This document shows, piece after piece, positions 40,721 through 51,108 of a stretch of DNA of 64,000 nucleotides. Source of the DNA: a bacterium (GTDB taxonomy: Bacteria > Omnitrophota > Gorgyraeia > Zapsychrales > Zapsychraceae); the NCBI GenBank assembly GCA_030429765.1, contig JAUIER010000021.1:1619-65618 (forward strand), given 5' to 3'. Under the pieces are notes generated by a model, which did not search any database, was not told the origin of the DNA, and worked only from the letters and a program-made list of their open reading frames with translations. The translations under genes were made by a program, and so were the position numbers. Position 1 is the first letter of the stretch. Each line of letters opens with the position of its first letter.

Positions 40721-40873
40721 TTAATTATCGATAATTTGTCCGTCTTCCGCGTCCTTGGCCACGGCCACTCCGGCAGCCGCTCCTCCCGCAAACAATAACG
40801 GCGCACAACCGGTGGTCGTGATTACCGTAACTAGCAGGATCAGAATAAGTGTGATTCGGTTCGTTCGTTTCAT
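40721..40873 (-). CDS. small glycine-zipper lipoprotein (50 aa)
   Basis: MKRTNRITLILILLVTVITTTGC lipobox followed by a GGAAAGVAVA glycine zipper. Confidence 0.4.
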   Translation of the reverse strand: MKRTNRITLILILLVTVITTTGCAPLLFAGGAAAGVAVAKDAEDGQIIDN

Positions 40874-40917
40874 CTAGTCTCCTTCCCTATGAATTAACGT
40901 AAAGGCATATTGATCCG

Positions 40918-41079
40918 TTAAGCCGCTCGTCGGCCGGTGAACAGTGAAACAACGAACATCACGAGAAAAACCATGAATAGTATTTTGGCGATGGACGCGG
41001 CTGTGCCGGCGATACCGCCAAAACCCAAAACCCCGGCAATCAAAGCAACAACCAAAAATGTAACTGACCAGTTCAACAT
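40918..41079 (-). CDS. DUF1328/UPF0391 small membrane protein (53 aa)
   Basis: [25 protein letters not shown]...AKILF matches the family consensus. Confidence 0.6.
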   Translation of the reverse strand: MLNWSVTFLVVALIAGVLGFGGIAGTAASIAKILFMVFLVMFVVSLFTGRRAA

Positions 41080-41290
41080 AAGTACCTCCTTTTTAAACGC
41101 TTAGTTAATCAAACATAAATATAAAGCCATCAGCTAACCAGTGAATGGATGGCAACCCGATTGTTAGCCTACGATCGTAGTTCAGATGTCGCTGAAACAA
41201 TTGACGCCGGCTGAATTGCAGCTGTCATTGCTACGGCTCCCAAAATTGCAGGTGCTCGCCATCTCATCATTTACCTCCTTGTTGCGTTAC

Positions 41291-41506
41291 CTAGACATCT
41301 TTATCGACACTGAGTTTGGACACATATTCTTCGACTTCTTGCTTCACCTTCTCACGGTGACGTCCTGACCGAACTTGAACCGCACCAATCAAACGGTCAA
41401 TCTCGCCATCGATAATATTGATGTCATCATTGGTGAGCTCTCCCCATGTTTCCTTGATTGATCCTTTGACTTGATTCCAACGTCCTTTGAGTATATCCGC
41501 ATTCAT
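41291..41506 (-). CDS. CsbD-family general stress protein
   Basis: MNADILKGRWNQVKGSIKETWGELTNDD motif; RBS AAGGAG. Confidence 0.7.
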   Translation of the reverse strand: MNADILKGRWNQVKGSIKETWGELTNDDINIIDGEIDRLIGAVQVRSGRHREKVKQEVEEYVSKLSVDKDV

Positions 41507-41653
41507 ATTGATCTCCTTTGTTAGTGGGGTGAGCTGTCGATCCATCACCCATAGCTACAGTATAGGGGGTGACTAGCCGTGTGAATATCGGTGCAGACTG
41601 AATAGAATGTAAGAATCAGAAAGATAGGATGTAGGACAATTCTGACAGTTGAA

Positions 41654-43123
41654 TTACAGGATCGGAGATACCAAACGGCACAGGGAATTACGAAGCTTGA
41701 TCGGCAGACTGAGTTGACTGAAGTCTTTCAGGGTAAATTCCGTGGAATTGTCGAGATCAATAGTGAATTGACGGTCCAATTCCTGGGTTAATTCGGTATT
41801 ATAGATGACGGCATTGATCTCATAGTTTAAGCGAAAACTGCGGATATCCAGATTGGCCGTTCCCAACGAACACATCTGACCGTCGCAGGAAAAGATCTTG
41901 GCATGGAAAAAGCCTGGTTGGTAAAAGTAGATCTTGACCCCCGCCCGGATCAGATCCTCCAGATACGAAAACGCCGCCCAATAGGTGATCCGCGGTTTAT
42001 CCGGATTGCCCGTCAACAGCAGTTTGACGTCCACACCGCGCATGGCCGCTGTCTTCAAGGCCATCACAATGCTTGGTTCGGGCACAAAGTACGGGCTACT
42101 GATGTAGACGTTTTTACGGGCGGAAGTGATCAAGGTGAAATAGGCATGCAGAATGGACGGCCATTGCGAGTCAAAACCGGACGTGGGCAGCTGCATGGCG
42201 ACCGGCGGATGATCCATGGACTGTTCAAAATCCACGGGGTAATACTTTTCATCGAAGATGTCATCATTCGACACCGTGTTATACCAATCAATGGCGAATA
42301 CCGCCTGCAAAACACTGGCCGCTTCACCCTCCACCCGCATATGGGTGTCGCGCCACGCGTCAAACTCTTTTCCGCCATCAATATACTCCTGACCGACATT
42401 CATGCCTCCGGTGTATCCGATCGTTCCGTCTATCACCGCGATCTTTCGGTGGTTACGGTAATTGATCGTGTGAATCTTAAAGTTCGACAAATAGTTGAAA
42501 AATGGATACGCCTCGATCCCGGCCTCACGCATCTCTTTGACATAATCGCCGCAAAGCGTAAACAGACTTCCCGAAAAATCATACAAGATCCGAACCTCCA
42601 CGCCCGCGCGAACTTTCTCCAGCAGAATCTCCTTGAGTTCCTGCCCCAAGGCGTCGTCAGAATACCAGATGAAATACTCCAGATGAATGAAACGCTTGGC
42701 TGCCCGAAGATCCTTTTTCAGGGCATCAAATTTGTCCGCCCCTTGATGAAAAAATTGCACCCGGTTTTCTGTTGTAAGGTAGGAATGGGAATTATTCTTG
42801 AGCAGCTCGACCAGCTTGGCTTCGATAAAATGGTCTTTGAGCTGCACCCGTTCGGCCTTTGATTCCGACAGATCTCTTAACGGGAGAAAGATCTGCAATA
42901 ATTGCTTGGCGACCGCTTGCGGAAGGCGTGACTTGTTGTCATAGGCGCGTCGCCAATTGCGACCGACAATGAGATACAAGGCGAACCCAAAACCCGGCAT
43001 CAAGATAAAAATCAAAATCCACGCAAATGTCTCCGTGGGTTCTCGATTATCGAGCAGCAACACGATAACGGTAGCGATTAAATATATCTGAAAGATCAGC
43101 AGCAGGAGCGTAATAAGACCCAT
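41654..43123 (-). CDS. cls: cardiolipin synthase (PLD superfamily, two HKD motifs)
   Basis: N-terminal 2 TM helices; HRKIAVIDG and HAKIFSCDG HxK motifs. Confidence 0.8.
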   Translation of the reverse strand: MGLITLLLLIFQIYLIATVIVLLLDNREPTETFAWILIFILMPGFGFALYLIVGRNWRRAYDNKSRLPQAVAKQLLQIFLPLRDLSESKAERVQLKDHFIEAKLVELLKNNSHSYLTTENRVQFFHQGADKFDALKKDLRAAKRFIHLEYFIWYSDDALGQELKEILLEKVRAGVEVRILYDFSGSLFTLCGDYVKEMREAGIEAYPFFNYLSNFKIHTINYRNHRKIAVIDGTIGYTGGMNVGQEYIDGGKEFDAWRDTHMRVEGEAASVLQAVFAIDWYNTVSNDDIFDEKYYPVDFEQSMDHPPVAMQLPTSGFDSQWPSILHAYFTLITSARKNVYISSPYFVPEPSIVMALKTAAMRGVDVKLLLTGNPDKPRITYWAAFSYLEDLIRAGVKIYFYQPGFFHAKIFSCDGQMCSLGTANLDIRSFRLNYEINAVIYNTELTQELDRQFTIDLDNSTEFTLKDFSQLSLPIKLRNSLCRLVSPIL

Positions 43124-43926
43124 TAGGCATCACTCCAGGTAAACTCACAAACCACCGGTAGATGATCTGAGCTCCAAACAGTCTGACGATTGCGGGCAAC
43201 CTCCACCGAACGTGGACGCAGACGCCCCTTGTAGCATATATGATCCAGCTGTTGGCTTGGGCAGGCAGACAGATACGTGTTCATGTTCTTATTCCCGTGG
43301 TTCGAATCATTGACCACCTCGAATCGTTTTTTGAGCGCCGACAGCTCCGGCGAATCGATGCCGGCATTGAGATCACCGACCAACACGACATCCTCATTCG
43401 ATGCTATATCTCCCATCCATCCGGGACCGAGCAGATCATTCACCTGCTCCATTCGTTCGTGATGGCGTAATCCCAGGTGCGTATTGATCACATTTAAGCC
43501 ACCCTGTTGCGTCTCACACCGCATCCAAATGGCCTCGCGCGGTTCACATAAAAACGCGAACATCGGCAGCCGGCCCAACCATGCCGGGCGTAGCGGCGAC
43601 GAGGCGAGTTCCTGAGACCTAATAATCTCAAACGGCAGCCGACTGAGCAAGGCAATGCCGTATTGATCCTGCGGATTATCGAGGGCGGATTGAAAATGAT
43701 ATTTGTAGCCCAGCTCCTCAGCGATGACCTGCGGTTGATTGTGACGCCTCGATCCCTCCTTACCGATCAGGACTTCCTGCAGGGCCACAATATCCGGATC
43801 CTGCTGCCGGATGACCCGCGCGATGCGCTCTGGGTCCGTCCGAAAGTCCAATCCCCGGCAACTATGGACATTGTACGTCATGATCCGAACAGATGTCTTT
43901 GAATGGCCCGTTGAGTTCGTCATCAC
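43123..43926 (-). CDS. endonuclease/exonuclease/phosphatase (EEP) family protein
   Basis: IMTYNVH...ALQEV... EEP motifs. Confidence 0.65.
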   Translation of the reverse strand: MMTNSTGHSKTSVRIMTYNVHSCRGLDFRTDPERIARVIRQQDPDIVALQEVLIGKEGSRRHNQPQVIAEELGYKYHFQSALDNPQDQYGIALLSRLPFEIIRSQELASSPLRPAWLGRLPMFAFLCEPREAIWMRCETQQGGLNVINTHLGLRHHERMEQVNDLLGPGWMGDIASNEDVVLVGDLNAGIDSPELSALKKRFEVVNDSNHGNKNMNTYLSACPSQQLDHICYKGRLRPRSVEVARNRQTVWSSDHLPVVCEFTWSDA

Positions 43927-43931
43927 TCACC

Positions 43932-44564
43932 TTACCCGATCAGTTTATTTTTAACCGCGTAGATGGCCAGTTCCGCATTGCTGTTGAGATTCATCTTTTC
44001 CAGGATGCGTGAGCGGTAGGTGCTGATCGTCTTGACACTCAACGACATTTCATGCGCGATATCCGAAACGCTTTGACCGGTGGCCAGTTTACGAAACACA
44101 TCAAATTCACGGTCCGAGAGCGTCTCATGCGGCATCTCATCCACATCGCTATCCAGTAACATTGCCATATTCTCCGCCAGCGATTCGCTTACATACTTGC
44201 GGCCGGCGGCCACCTTCCGGACCGCCTCGACCAATTCTTCACCCTTGGCTGTTTTACTGACATAGCCTGACGCCCCTGATTTGAGCGCCCGCACCGCGTA
44301 GTCTTCTTCGGGATGCATGCTGACCATCAGCACCGCCTGATCGGCCTTGAGTTTTTTGATATCCTGTAATACATCAAGCCCGCTTCGTCCGGGCATTGAA
44401 ATGTCAAGAATGACAACGTCAAATGTCTCGTTCCGAAGCAACTCAAGCGCCTCACGTCCGTCATTGGCCTCGCCCGACACCCGGCAGTCGCCCTGATCCT
44501 CGAGCACTTCTTTGAGCCCTTTACGGACTATCGGAAAATCGTCAGCGATCAAAACTGTTATCAT
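43932..44564 (-). CDS. two-component response regulator, NarL/FixJ (LuxR-type HTH) family
   Basis: REC domain (DDFPIVR...D...K) plus a C-terminal LuxR HTH. Confidence 0.8.
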   Translation of the reverse strand: MITVLIADDFPIVRKGLKEVLEDQGDCRVSGEANDGREALELLRNETFDVVILDISMPGRSGLDVLQDIKKLKADQAVLMVSMHPEEDYAVRALKSGASGYVSKTAKGEELVEAVRKVAAGRKYVSESLAENMAMLLDSDVDEMPHETLSDREFDVFRKLATGQSVSDIAHEMSLSVKTISTYRSRILEKMNLNSNAELAIYAVKNKLIG

Positions 44565-44567
44565 GAA

Positions 44568-46259
44568 TTATCCTTTCTCTCGATTTAAAGGCAGCGTGAC
44601 CTTGACCTGCGTGCCCCGCCCCTGGATCCCCTGAATTTGGATAGTGCCCCCGAACATCTCCGCGCGCTCCTTCATCCCCATCAGTCCAAATGAATTCGAC
44701 GCCTTGAGATTGGCCTCCGCGATACCGATGCCGTTGTCATGCACCTTCAGCATAATATGATCCTCGAGGCACGATACGCTGATGTCCGCCCGGGTCGCCT
44801 CGGCGTGCCGGGCGATATTGGTCAGGCACTCCTGAAAAATCCTGAATAGCGCCGTGCCCACCTCACCGGGGAGATCAATGTGATCCCGATCAATGTCGAT
44901 CATACAACGGACACCCGATCGTTTTTCAAATTCTTTGGCCTGCCAATTGATTGCTTCCAATACGCCCAGGTCATCCAGTATGCTCGGCCGCAGCTGGGCC
45001 ACCAGACGCTGGACGGATGATATGGTATTATCAATCAGTTGCCGGGTTTCCTCAATACGCTTCTTAAATTTATCGTCGGCGTCCTGTCCCGCATGCGATT
45101 CAAACCAGCTGACATCCATCTTGATCGCGGTCAGCAATTGCCCCAATTCATCATGGATCTCACGCGCCATGGTCGCCCGTTCCTGCTCACGGATTGTTGT
45201 CATATGCGCCCCGAGTGTCTTGAGACGTTGCTGCGAATCGCGCAGGTCATTCTCAATCTGGGCCTGCTCAATGATTTCGAGTTCTAACTGCCGGTTGTGT
45301 TCATCGAGTTGACGGGTCTGATCGGCGATCTGTCCTTCCAGGTCTTCATTGGACTGCTCGGAGTGACGCAGACGCTGCTCATATTTTCTCGCCGAGTCCA
45401 TCAGCTTGTCCAGACGCTCACGCTGCTCGGAGAGTTCCCGGGTGCTGTCGTAAATTTTCTCTTCCAGGGCCCGGCTTTCAACGGATTTGCTGTGAATCTG
45501 GTCCTGCAGCTCACGCAGCTTCCGATTTTTACGTTCCTCCTGCTCCACTTGCTCCGTGATATCCCTGGAAATCGTGGACGCGCCGATAATTTTTCCGCCC
45601 AGGGTTCGAATCGGTGACAGATTCAAGGCCACATGGATCAAGCGGCCGTCCTTGTGCTCTCTGACCGTTTCTAAATTAGTGATCGTTTCATCTTTGCGTA
45701 GACGTCCGAGGATCTCAGGAAATTGTGATTTCAAATATTCAGGAAAGACCGTCTTGATTGATCGGCCGCGCATTTCATCCGCAGTGTATCCATAGAGCCT
45801 CTCGGCGCCCTTATTCCAATAAATGACCCGTCCCGACAAGTCCTTGGCAATAATCGAATCAGCAGCGGATTCCACCATCGAGGCCAGAATCCATACCTGA
45901 CGCTGTGTCTGTTTGAATTTTATCCCCACAATCACAATCGTCCAAATCCCCACGATCACCAGCATCCGATTCACGATACCGGTACTCCAATCACCGGAGT
46001 CAACGGAATAAAAAATTCCGACGGTCGTCAGAACCGATGTCAGGACCGCAAAAAAGACAACCGGTTTAAGGCGGTCCGATAGCAAGGCCAGAAAGATAAC
46101 GATTAAATAGAGTAGCGGGGTGTTGACTCCGATCGGGGTGAGATGGTCAACATAAAGAATAATACCGGAAAGAATACATCCAAGGGTGGTGATGCGGATT
46201 TCTGTGAGTTTGATATGCCGTTGCAAATGCCTTCCTTCCGTATGTATTGTAGACGACAT
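44568..46259 (-). CDS. sensor histidine kinase (membrane sensor, PAS, coiled-coil, HisKA_3/HATPase)
   Basis: H-box REIHDELGQ and ATPase N/G boxes. Confidence 0.8.
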   Translation of the reverse strand: MSSTIHTEGRHLQRHIKLTEIRITTLGCILSGIILYVDHLTPIGVNTPLLYLIVIFLALLSDRLKPVVFFAVLTSVLTTVGIFYSVDSGDWSTGIVNRMLVIVGIWTIVIVGIKFKQTQRQVWILASMVESAADSIIAKDLSGRVIYWNKGAERLYGYTADEMRGRSIKTVFPEYLKSQFPEILGRLRKDETITNLETVREHKDGRLIHVALNLSPIRTLGGKIIGASTISRDITEQVEQEERKNRKLRELQDQIHSKSVESRALEEKIYDSTRELSEQRERLDKLMDSARKYEQRLRHSEQSNEDLEGQIADQTRQLDEHNRQLELEIIEQAQIENDLRDSQQRLKTLGAHMTTIREQERATMAREIHDELGQLLTAIKMDVSWFESHAGQDADDKFKKRIEETRQLIDNTISSVQRLVAQLRPSILDDLGVLEAINWQAKEFEKRSGVRCMIDIDRDHIDLPGEVGTALFRIFQECLTNIARHAEATRADISVSCLEDHIMLKVHDNGIGIAEANLKASNSFGLMGMKERAEMFGGTIQIQGIQGRGTQVKVTLPLNREKG

Positions 46260-46320
46260 GTATTGTACATGGTATCGGGCGGCTCACAAACTCATTTTTA
46301 GCCGCCTGCTCATGGCGGAC

Positions 46321-47271
46321 CTAGAACAGCGGCTGATACATTCCGTAGCCTTCGGCCTCTAAGCGATCCTGCGGAATGAACTTTAACGCGGCGGAGTTGA
46401 TGCAGTAGCGCAGTCCGGTCGGCGCCGGACCGTCGGGAAACACATGCCCCAGATGCGAATCGCCGTACTTGCTGCGCACCTCCACGCGGGTCATCCCATG
46501 GGAGGTGTCTTTGACCTCGACGACATGATCGGCTTCCAGCGGCCGGGTGAAACTCGGCCAACCGGTTCCCGAACGGAATTTATCCGTGGAACTAAACAAC
46601 GGCTCACCGGAAACCACATCGACGTAGATGCCCGGTTTCTTATTGTCCCAGTATTCATTGCGAAAAGGCGGCTCGGTTCCGTCTTTCTGCGTGACGTAAA
46701 ACTGCATTTCCGTCAGACGCTCTTTGAGCTGCCGTTCATCCATGCGTTCGCGCTGTTTGCGGTAAAAGTTTTGATGATGCGCCTCCGCCGGATAAAAGCG
46801 CTGCGCGGCCCGGATCTCGGTGGACACCTTCTTGGCCGGATGTTTGGATTGAAGGCGATCTCTGGACTGTTGCGCGATCTGGATTTGATCGGCTGTTGTT
46901 GCGTAGATCACTGAACGGTACTGATAACCGCTCCGGCCTTTCTCGAATGCTTGATGGGGATCGATCTCATCCCAGTAGACGTTGAGCAGGTCCACGTACT
47001 TTAACTGATTGGGATCATAGCTGACCTTAACGGCCTCGACATGATCGGTTTTACCGCTGGTGAGATCTTTGTAGGTGGGATTGGGTTGACGTCCGCCGGT
47101 GTATCCAGAGACAACCTCCGTGACCCCCGTCATCTGTTCAAATTGGTCCTCCAGACACCAGAAACAACCCCCGGCAAATATGGCCTCGACGGAATCCTCC
47201 GCATCAACTGCAGTGCCCGCCGCTCCACCGATCAGTGCGACAAATAAAAGGGAAAATAGAATGGATTTCAT
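46321..47271 (-). CDS. msrAB: bifunctional peptide methionine sulfoxide reductase MsrA-MsrB, secreted
   Basis: Signal peptide, MsrA GGCFWC motif, and an MsrB C-terminal domain with CINSAAL. Confidence 0.8.
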   Translation of the reverse strand: MKSILFSLLFVALIGGAAGTAVDAEDSVEAIFAGGCFWCLEDQFEQMTGVTEVVSGYTGGRQPNPTYKDLTSGKTDHVEAVKVSYDPNQLKYVDLLNVYWDEIDPHQAFEKGRSGYQYRSVIYATTADQIQIAQQSRDRLQSKHPAKKVSTEIRAAQRFYPAEAHHQNFYRKQRERMDERQLKERLTEMQFYVTQKDGTEPPFRNEYWDNKKPGIYVDVVSGEPLFSSTDKFRSGTGWPSFTRPLEADHVVEVKDTSHGMTRVEVRSKYGDSHLGHVFPDGPAPTGLRYCINSAALKFIPQDRLEAEGYGMYQPLF

Positions 47272-47334
47272 GTAAGGTCCTTGGCTGACAGATTGACGGT
47301 TGTAATTTCCCCTGCAACAATCCGCGGCCGCGGC

Positions 47335-48585
47335 TTATTCATGTGAGGAAGACCGGGCCAAATGCTGCCAGTCGGCCCCGCTGGGATTCTGAAAGACGCG
47401 TAGATCAAACTCGCCGATCACCGCCAGCATGTGATCAAAGATGTCGGCCTGAATGCCTTCGTAATTCACCCAGTTCTGGTCCTTGGAAAATACATAGATC
47501 TCGATGGGCAGTCCATTCGCGTTCGGCGCCAGATGCCGCACCAGAAAGGTCATCTTGTCATGGATCATCGGATGATGTTTGAGATAACTGATCATGTACG
47601 CGCGGAACGTCCCGACATTGGTCAGCCGCCGTCCGCTCAACACGTCTTCCGGCCGCACATTGTTGGTGTCGTTGTGGGTCTGCACGTCCTTGACCTTTTG
47701 CTCCAGGTATTCCTTGAGATAATCGAATGTCATCAATTTTTGAAGCATCGCATCATCCAGAAAACGGATCGAGTTCATATCGATATTCAGTGAGCGCTTG
47801 ATGCGCCTTCCGCCGGACTCGGACATCCCCTTCCAGTTTTTAAACGAATCCGTGATCAGCGCGTAAGTCGGAATCGTCGTGATGGTCTTGTCCCAGTTCT
47901 GCACCATGACCGTCGTCAGAGTGACATCGATCACATCACCGTCCGCCCCGTAGTTGGGCATTTCAATCCAGTCACCCACCGCCACCATGTTATTGGCCGA
48001 GAGCTGGACCCCCGCCACCAGCCCCAGCAAGGCATCCTTGAACACCAACATCAAAACCGCCGTCAATCCCCCGAAGATACTCAGAAAACCCCACGGCGAA
48101 CGGTCCATTAACGTCGCGACCACAAAAAGTCCGGTGAAGAAATACACAATGATCTTGATCACCTGAATGTAGCTTTTGATCGGTTTGCGGCGCGAGACTT
48201 CGTAGCGTTTGTAGATCGTCAACAGCGCGTCAAGGATTGCGTTGATCACCAGACAGGCCACGATGATCATGTATGTGTTGGCCAATCGATGAATCGCGGT
48301 GTCCACAGTCTCGGACGTGGCAAACCACGTCGGGGCGATAAAGTAGATCAGCATCGCCGGCACAAAATGCGACAGGTTATGAAAGACATCCTTCTGGACC
48401 AGGATATCGTCCCATTTGTTGTCGGTCTTGGCGGCAAACCGCTTGATAAACTCAACGATAATCCGTTTGGCAATGATGTTGGAGACGATACACAGGACGA
48501 TCAGCACGATCAGTTTGATCGTTATGGCCAGGAGCGGCACGTAGGTTGACGGGACTCCCCAGGACGACAGAAAATTTTGGATCAT
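47335..48585 (-). CDS. mechanosensitive ion channel, MscS superfamily (YbdG/MscM-like; third copy)
   Basis: 416 aa, 5 TM helices plus the MscS core. Confidence 0.65.
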   Translation of the reverse strand: MIQNFLSSWGVPSTYVPLLAITIKLIVLIVLCIVSNIIAKRIIVEFIKRFAAKTDNKWDDILVQKDVFHNLSHFVPAMLIYFIAPTWFATSETVDTAIHRLANTYMIIVACLVINAILDALLTIYKRYEVSRRKPIKSYIQVIKIIVYFFTGLFVVATLMDRSPWGFLSIFGGLTAVLMLVFKDALLGLVAGVQLSANNMVAVGDWIEMPNYGADGDVIDVTLTTVMVQNWDKTITTIPTYALITDSFKNWKGMSESGGRRIKRSLNIDMNSIRFLDDAMLQKLMTFDYLKEYLEQKVKDVQTHNDTNNVRPEDVLSGRRLTNVGTFRAYMISYLKHHPMIHDKMTFLVRHLAPNANGLPIEIYVFSKDQNWVNYEGIQADIFDHMLAVIGEFDLRVFQNPSGADWQHLARSSSHE

Positions 48586-48669
48586 GGTGGTGACCTTTCA
48601 GCTTGGATTTTTATGGATGCCTCGATTTTACAGCAAATCCGCGGGAGGGTAAAGACCGACCGTCAAAAT

Positions 48670-49560
48670 TTAACCTTCGGCCGGAACCAGATCGGCTAAT
48701 TGGCGCACGGCGTCTGCCTGCCGGATCTGCTGGGCGATGGACTGCAATGGCTCGATGCGGGCGGTGCGGGATTTGTAGACCAGTCCGATCTCCCGGCTAA
48801 AACGTTTGGGTAGCGGATGATAGTCCAGTCCGTCATTGTCGCGCCGGGCCAGCGCCGGCATCAAGGTAATGTCCGCGCTCGTGGCGACCATCAGCCGGAT
48901 GGTCTCCAGGCTGGTGGCCCGGACCACACGGTTCAAACGATTGGGATTCAGTTGACAAAGATTGATGGTCTGTTCGGACATGCAATGCTCCGCTGACAGA
49001 ATTAAAAAGCGCGATTCCTCGGGAGGCGTCAATTTGTCCAGGTTCATCCGCTCGACCACCGGATTGTCCCTGGCGCACGCCAGATAGAACGGTTCAGTGA
49101 ACAGACGCGCCGCGCTCAGCACCGATACCTTTACCGGTAACGCCAGGATCGCGGCATCAATCCGCTCATCCATCAAACTGCGCAGCAATTCTTCAGTCGT
49201 AGATTCCTCGAGGTCCACACCTTCAACGTTCATCAGGATCGGAAAGATGTACGGCGCGACCGTGGCGATTGCCCCGATTCGCACCGGTGTGACATCGGGA
49301 GTATCAGGCGGCTCGGCCGCGTGACGGATCTGATCCACTTCCTGCATGATCGTTTCCAGATGCCGCAGGATTTTCAGGCCGTAGGGAGACAGTCGCACAC
49401 CGCGCTGATCACGGATAAAGATCGGATGGCCCAGCTCTCGCTCGACCTTTTTGATCTGGATACTTAAGGAAGGTTGACTAACATGACATATCTCCGCCGC
49501 CCGGGCAAAGCTGCCGCTGTCGACCGCGGCCAAGATGTACTCGATATCGCGCAGATTCAT
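48670..49560 (-). CDS. oxyR: LysR-family peroxide-sensing regulator OxyR-like
   Basis: The N-terminal HTH closely matches OxyR. Cysteines are spaced HC(x)8C (EHCMSEQTINLC), as in OxyR C199/C208. Confidence 0.65.
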   Translation of the reverse strand: MNLRDIEYILAAVDSGSFARAAEICHVSQPSLSIQIKKVERELGHPIFIRDQRGVRLSPYGLKILRHLETIMQEVDQIRHAAEPPDTPDVTPVRIGAIATVAPYIFPILMNVEGVDLEESTTEELLRSLMDERIDAAILALPVKVSVLSAARLFTEPFYLACARDNPVVERMNLDKLTPPEESRFLILSAEHCMSEQTINLCQLNPNRLNRVVRATSLETIRLMVATSADITLMPALARRDNDGLDYHPLPKRFSREIGLVYKSRTARIEPLQSIAQQIRQADAVRQLADLVPAEG

Positions 49561-50315
49561 GATGGGTCTTGAGGATCTTCCGCCCCCAGGGTGAAACCTT
49601 TTTGGCGCATGGTCTCCCGCAGACGTTCATACCACCAGCCGTAACCAGGGCCGCTCGGGTGAATATGATCGGGCGCGTAATATTTGTCCGCCTCCAGAAG
49701 GAACAGATCTTCCGAGCGTTCCCGGAACAGATCGATATAACCGACCCCTTTAGCGGCGGCCACTTCCATGTAGATATCCCGCACGCGCTCGGTCCGGTGT
49801 GTGTAGAAATCACTGATCGGCCGGATAAACAACGGGGCCCCGCCGACGTTTCCTGAATGCAGCATCACAATCTGATCGCTGAGCATCCGGGCGCGGGCCA
49901 CCACCCGTTCAATCCCCTGACGAATGGCGGCATAGTCCGTCAGGTACAGAATATCGTTCCCCCCGATCTGTATCACCACCAGGTCATAACGTCGCTGGCC
50001 TGACGCTGTAAAGGCATCAAGCAGATCAGCGATCTTGCGTCCGTTCTTACTGTTATTTTCAATATGCGCGGCGGGAAAATCGGCACCCAAACGGCCGGCA
50101 ATGCTTTGTTCATCGCTTTCAGCCCCTGTCCCCACTCCTGTGCTGTCGCCGAGAATCAGGATGCGAATCTCCGCCGATTCATCCACCCGTTCAAAGGGTT
50201 GAAGTTTCGCGTAAGACTGGCCAAGCCGGTACTGGAGAATGATCAGTTGGCAAGCGGCGATCACCAGCACAACGGCCAGTGTGAGTACGGCAGATATTTT
50301 TAGAAACAACTTCAT
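49557..50315 (-). CDS. SGNH/GDSL-family hydrolase
   Basis: ILILGDSTGVG block I; D-x-x-H near the C-terminus. Confidence 0.6.
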   Translation of the reverse strand: MKLFLKISAVLTLAVVLVIAACQLIILQYRLGQSYAKLQPFERVDESAEIRILILGDSTGVGTGAESDEQSIAGRLGADFPAAHIENNSKNGRKIADLLDAFTASGQRRYDLVVIQIGGNDILYLTDYAAIRQGIERVVARARMLSDQIVMLHSGNVGGAPLFIRPISDFYTHRTERVRDIYMEVAAAKGVGYIDLFRERSEDLFLLEADKYYAPDHIHPSGPGYGWWYERLRETMRQKGFTLGAEDPQDPS

Positions 50316-50331
50316 AGGTCTATCGGATGAT

Positions 50332-50354
50332 CGTCCGGGTTTGCGCCCCGGACG
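50332..50354 (-). terminator. GC-rich hairpin (8-bp stem CGTCCGGG/CCCGGACG) between the DUF3592 and SGNH genes; possible attenuator or terminator
   Basis: Perfect inverted repeat with a 7-nt loop, followed on the minus strand by a U-containing stretch. Confidence 0.3.
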
Positions 50355-50368
50355 GCTATCAATCTAGG

Positions 50369-50836
50369 CTAGCTATTCTTAAAATCACGAATCAACGACA
50401 ATACGACCACCCCGACGACGATCAGGCAAAAGACAATGAAACCGTATAGGTAATGCGCCTGCACCGGCGTGCGGACAATAATCGCCTCGCTGGCATTGGC
50501 CGGATTATAGTAGGCGGTGAATGTCCGTCCTTGTGGATATTCGTTGAGATCGACAAAGATCTCCCGCGACACTGAATTGGTGCGGTACACCTGGTCGTCG
50601 ACCTGATATTCATAATTCAGGGTCTGTTCAATGCCCTGCTGTACCCGGTCCCGGTCTTTTTTGGTATCGAGCGTCAAATCGGGATCCAGCACCGTGGCCT
50701 CCACCGCGATCCAGCCTTCCTCCACAAAGCCCTGATTGATCCCCTGCCAGCAGATATGAATGAAATAAAACGTCACGCTCAATACAATCGCCGCGGTAAT
50801 CAGCGACTGCACCGGCAACTTTCGAGATTTCGACAT
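50369..50836 (-). CDS. DUF3592-like membrane protein
   Basis: N- and C-terminal TM helices flanking a beta-rich domain. Confidence 0.4.
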   Translation of the reverse strand: MSKSRKLPVQSLITAAIVLSVTFYFIHICWQGINQGFVEEGWIAVEATVLDPDLTLDTKKDRDRVQQGIEQTLNYEYQVDDQVYRTNSVSREIFVDLNEYPQGRTFTAYYNPANASEAIIVRTPVQAHYLYGFIVFCLIVVGVVVLSLIRDFKNS

Positions 50837-51108
50837 GCCCCTATACTAGCGGATAACAGGCGGGAATGTAAGTATTTTTTAGAGTGATAGGCGATCTGGA
50901 GACCAATCCTACTTGCGGCTTGGTGCATCCAAAATCGCACCGGCCGGGTATCTTCAGCCGCGAAACGGGAATGTCAGACTTCAAACTAGATCTGTTCTTA
51001 AAAAGGAAATGAATCGTCCTTATTCCACGTTCCGCCAGATAATTGTTGCTACTTTGCGGATACAATGCTATATTCTTACTGGTAAGATTTTCGAAAAGGA
51101 GGTTTTTC

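Noticed and set aside
41903-42862. 319-aa plus-strand ORF
   Set aside because: Antisense to cardiolipin synthase, which has two HKD motifs
43301-43315. tRNA T-loop-like GGTTCGAATC string
   Set aside because: Lies inside the EEP-family coding sequence with no acceptor or anticodon arm context; no tRNA gene
46266-46300. GC hairpin GGCGGCT...AGCCGCC between msrAB and the kinase gene
   Set aside because: 15-nt loop and no U-tract on either strand; not convincing as an intrinsic terminator
46310-46561. 83-aa minus-strand ORF overlapping msrAB
   Set aside because: Alternative frame of MsrAB; Arg/Gly-rich nonsense translation
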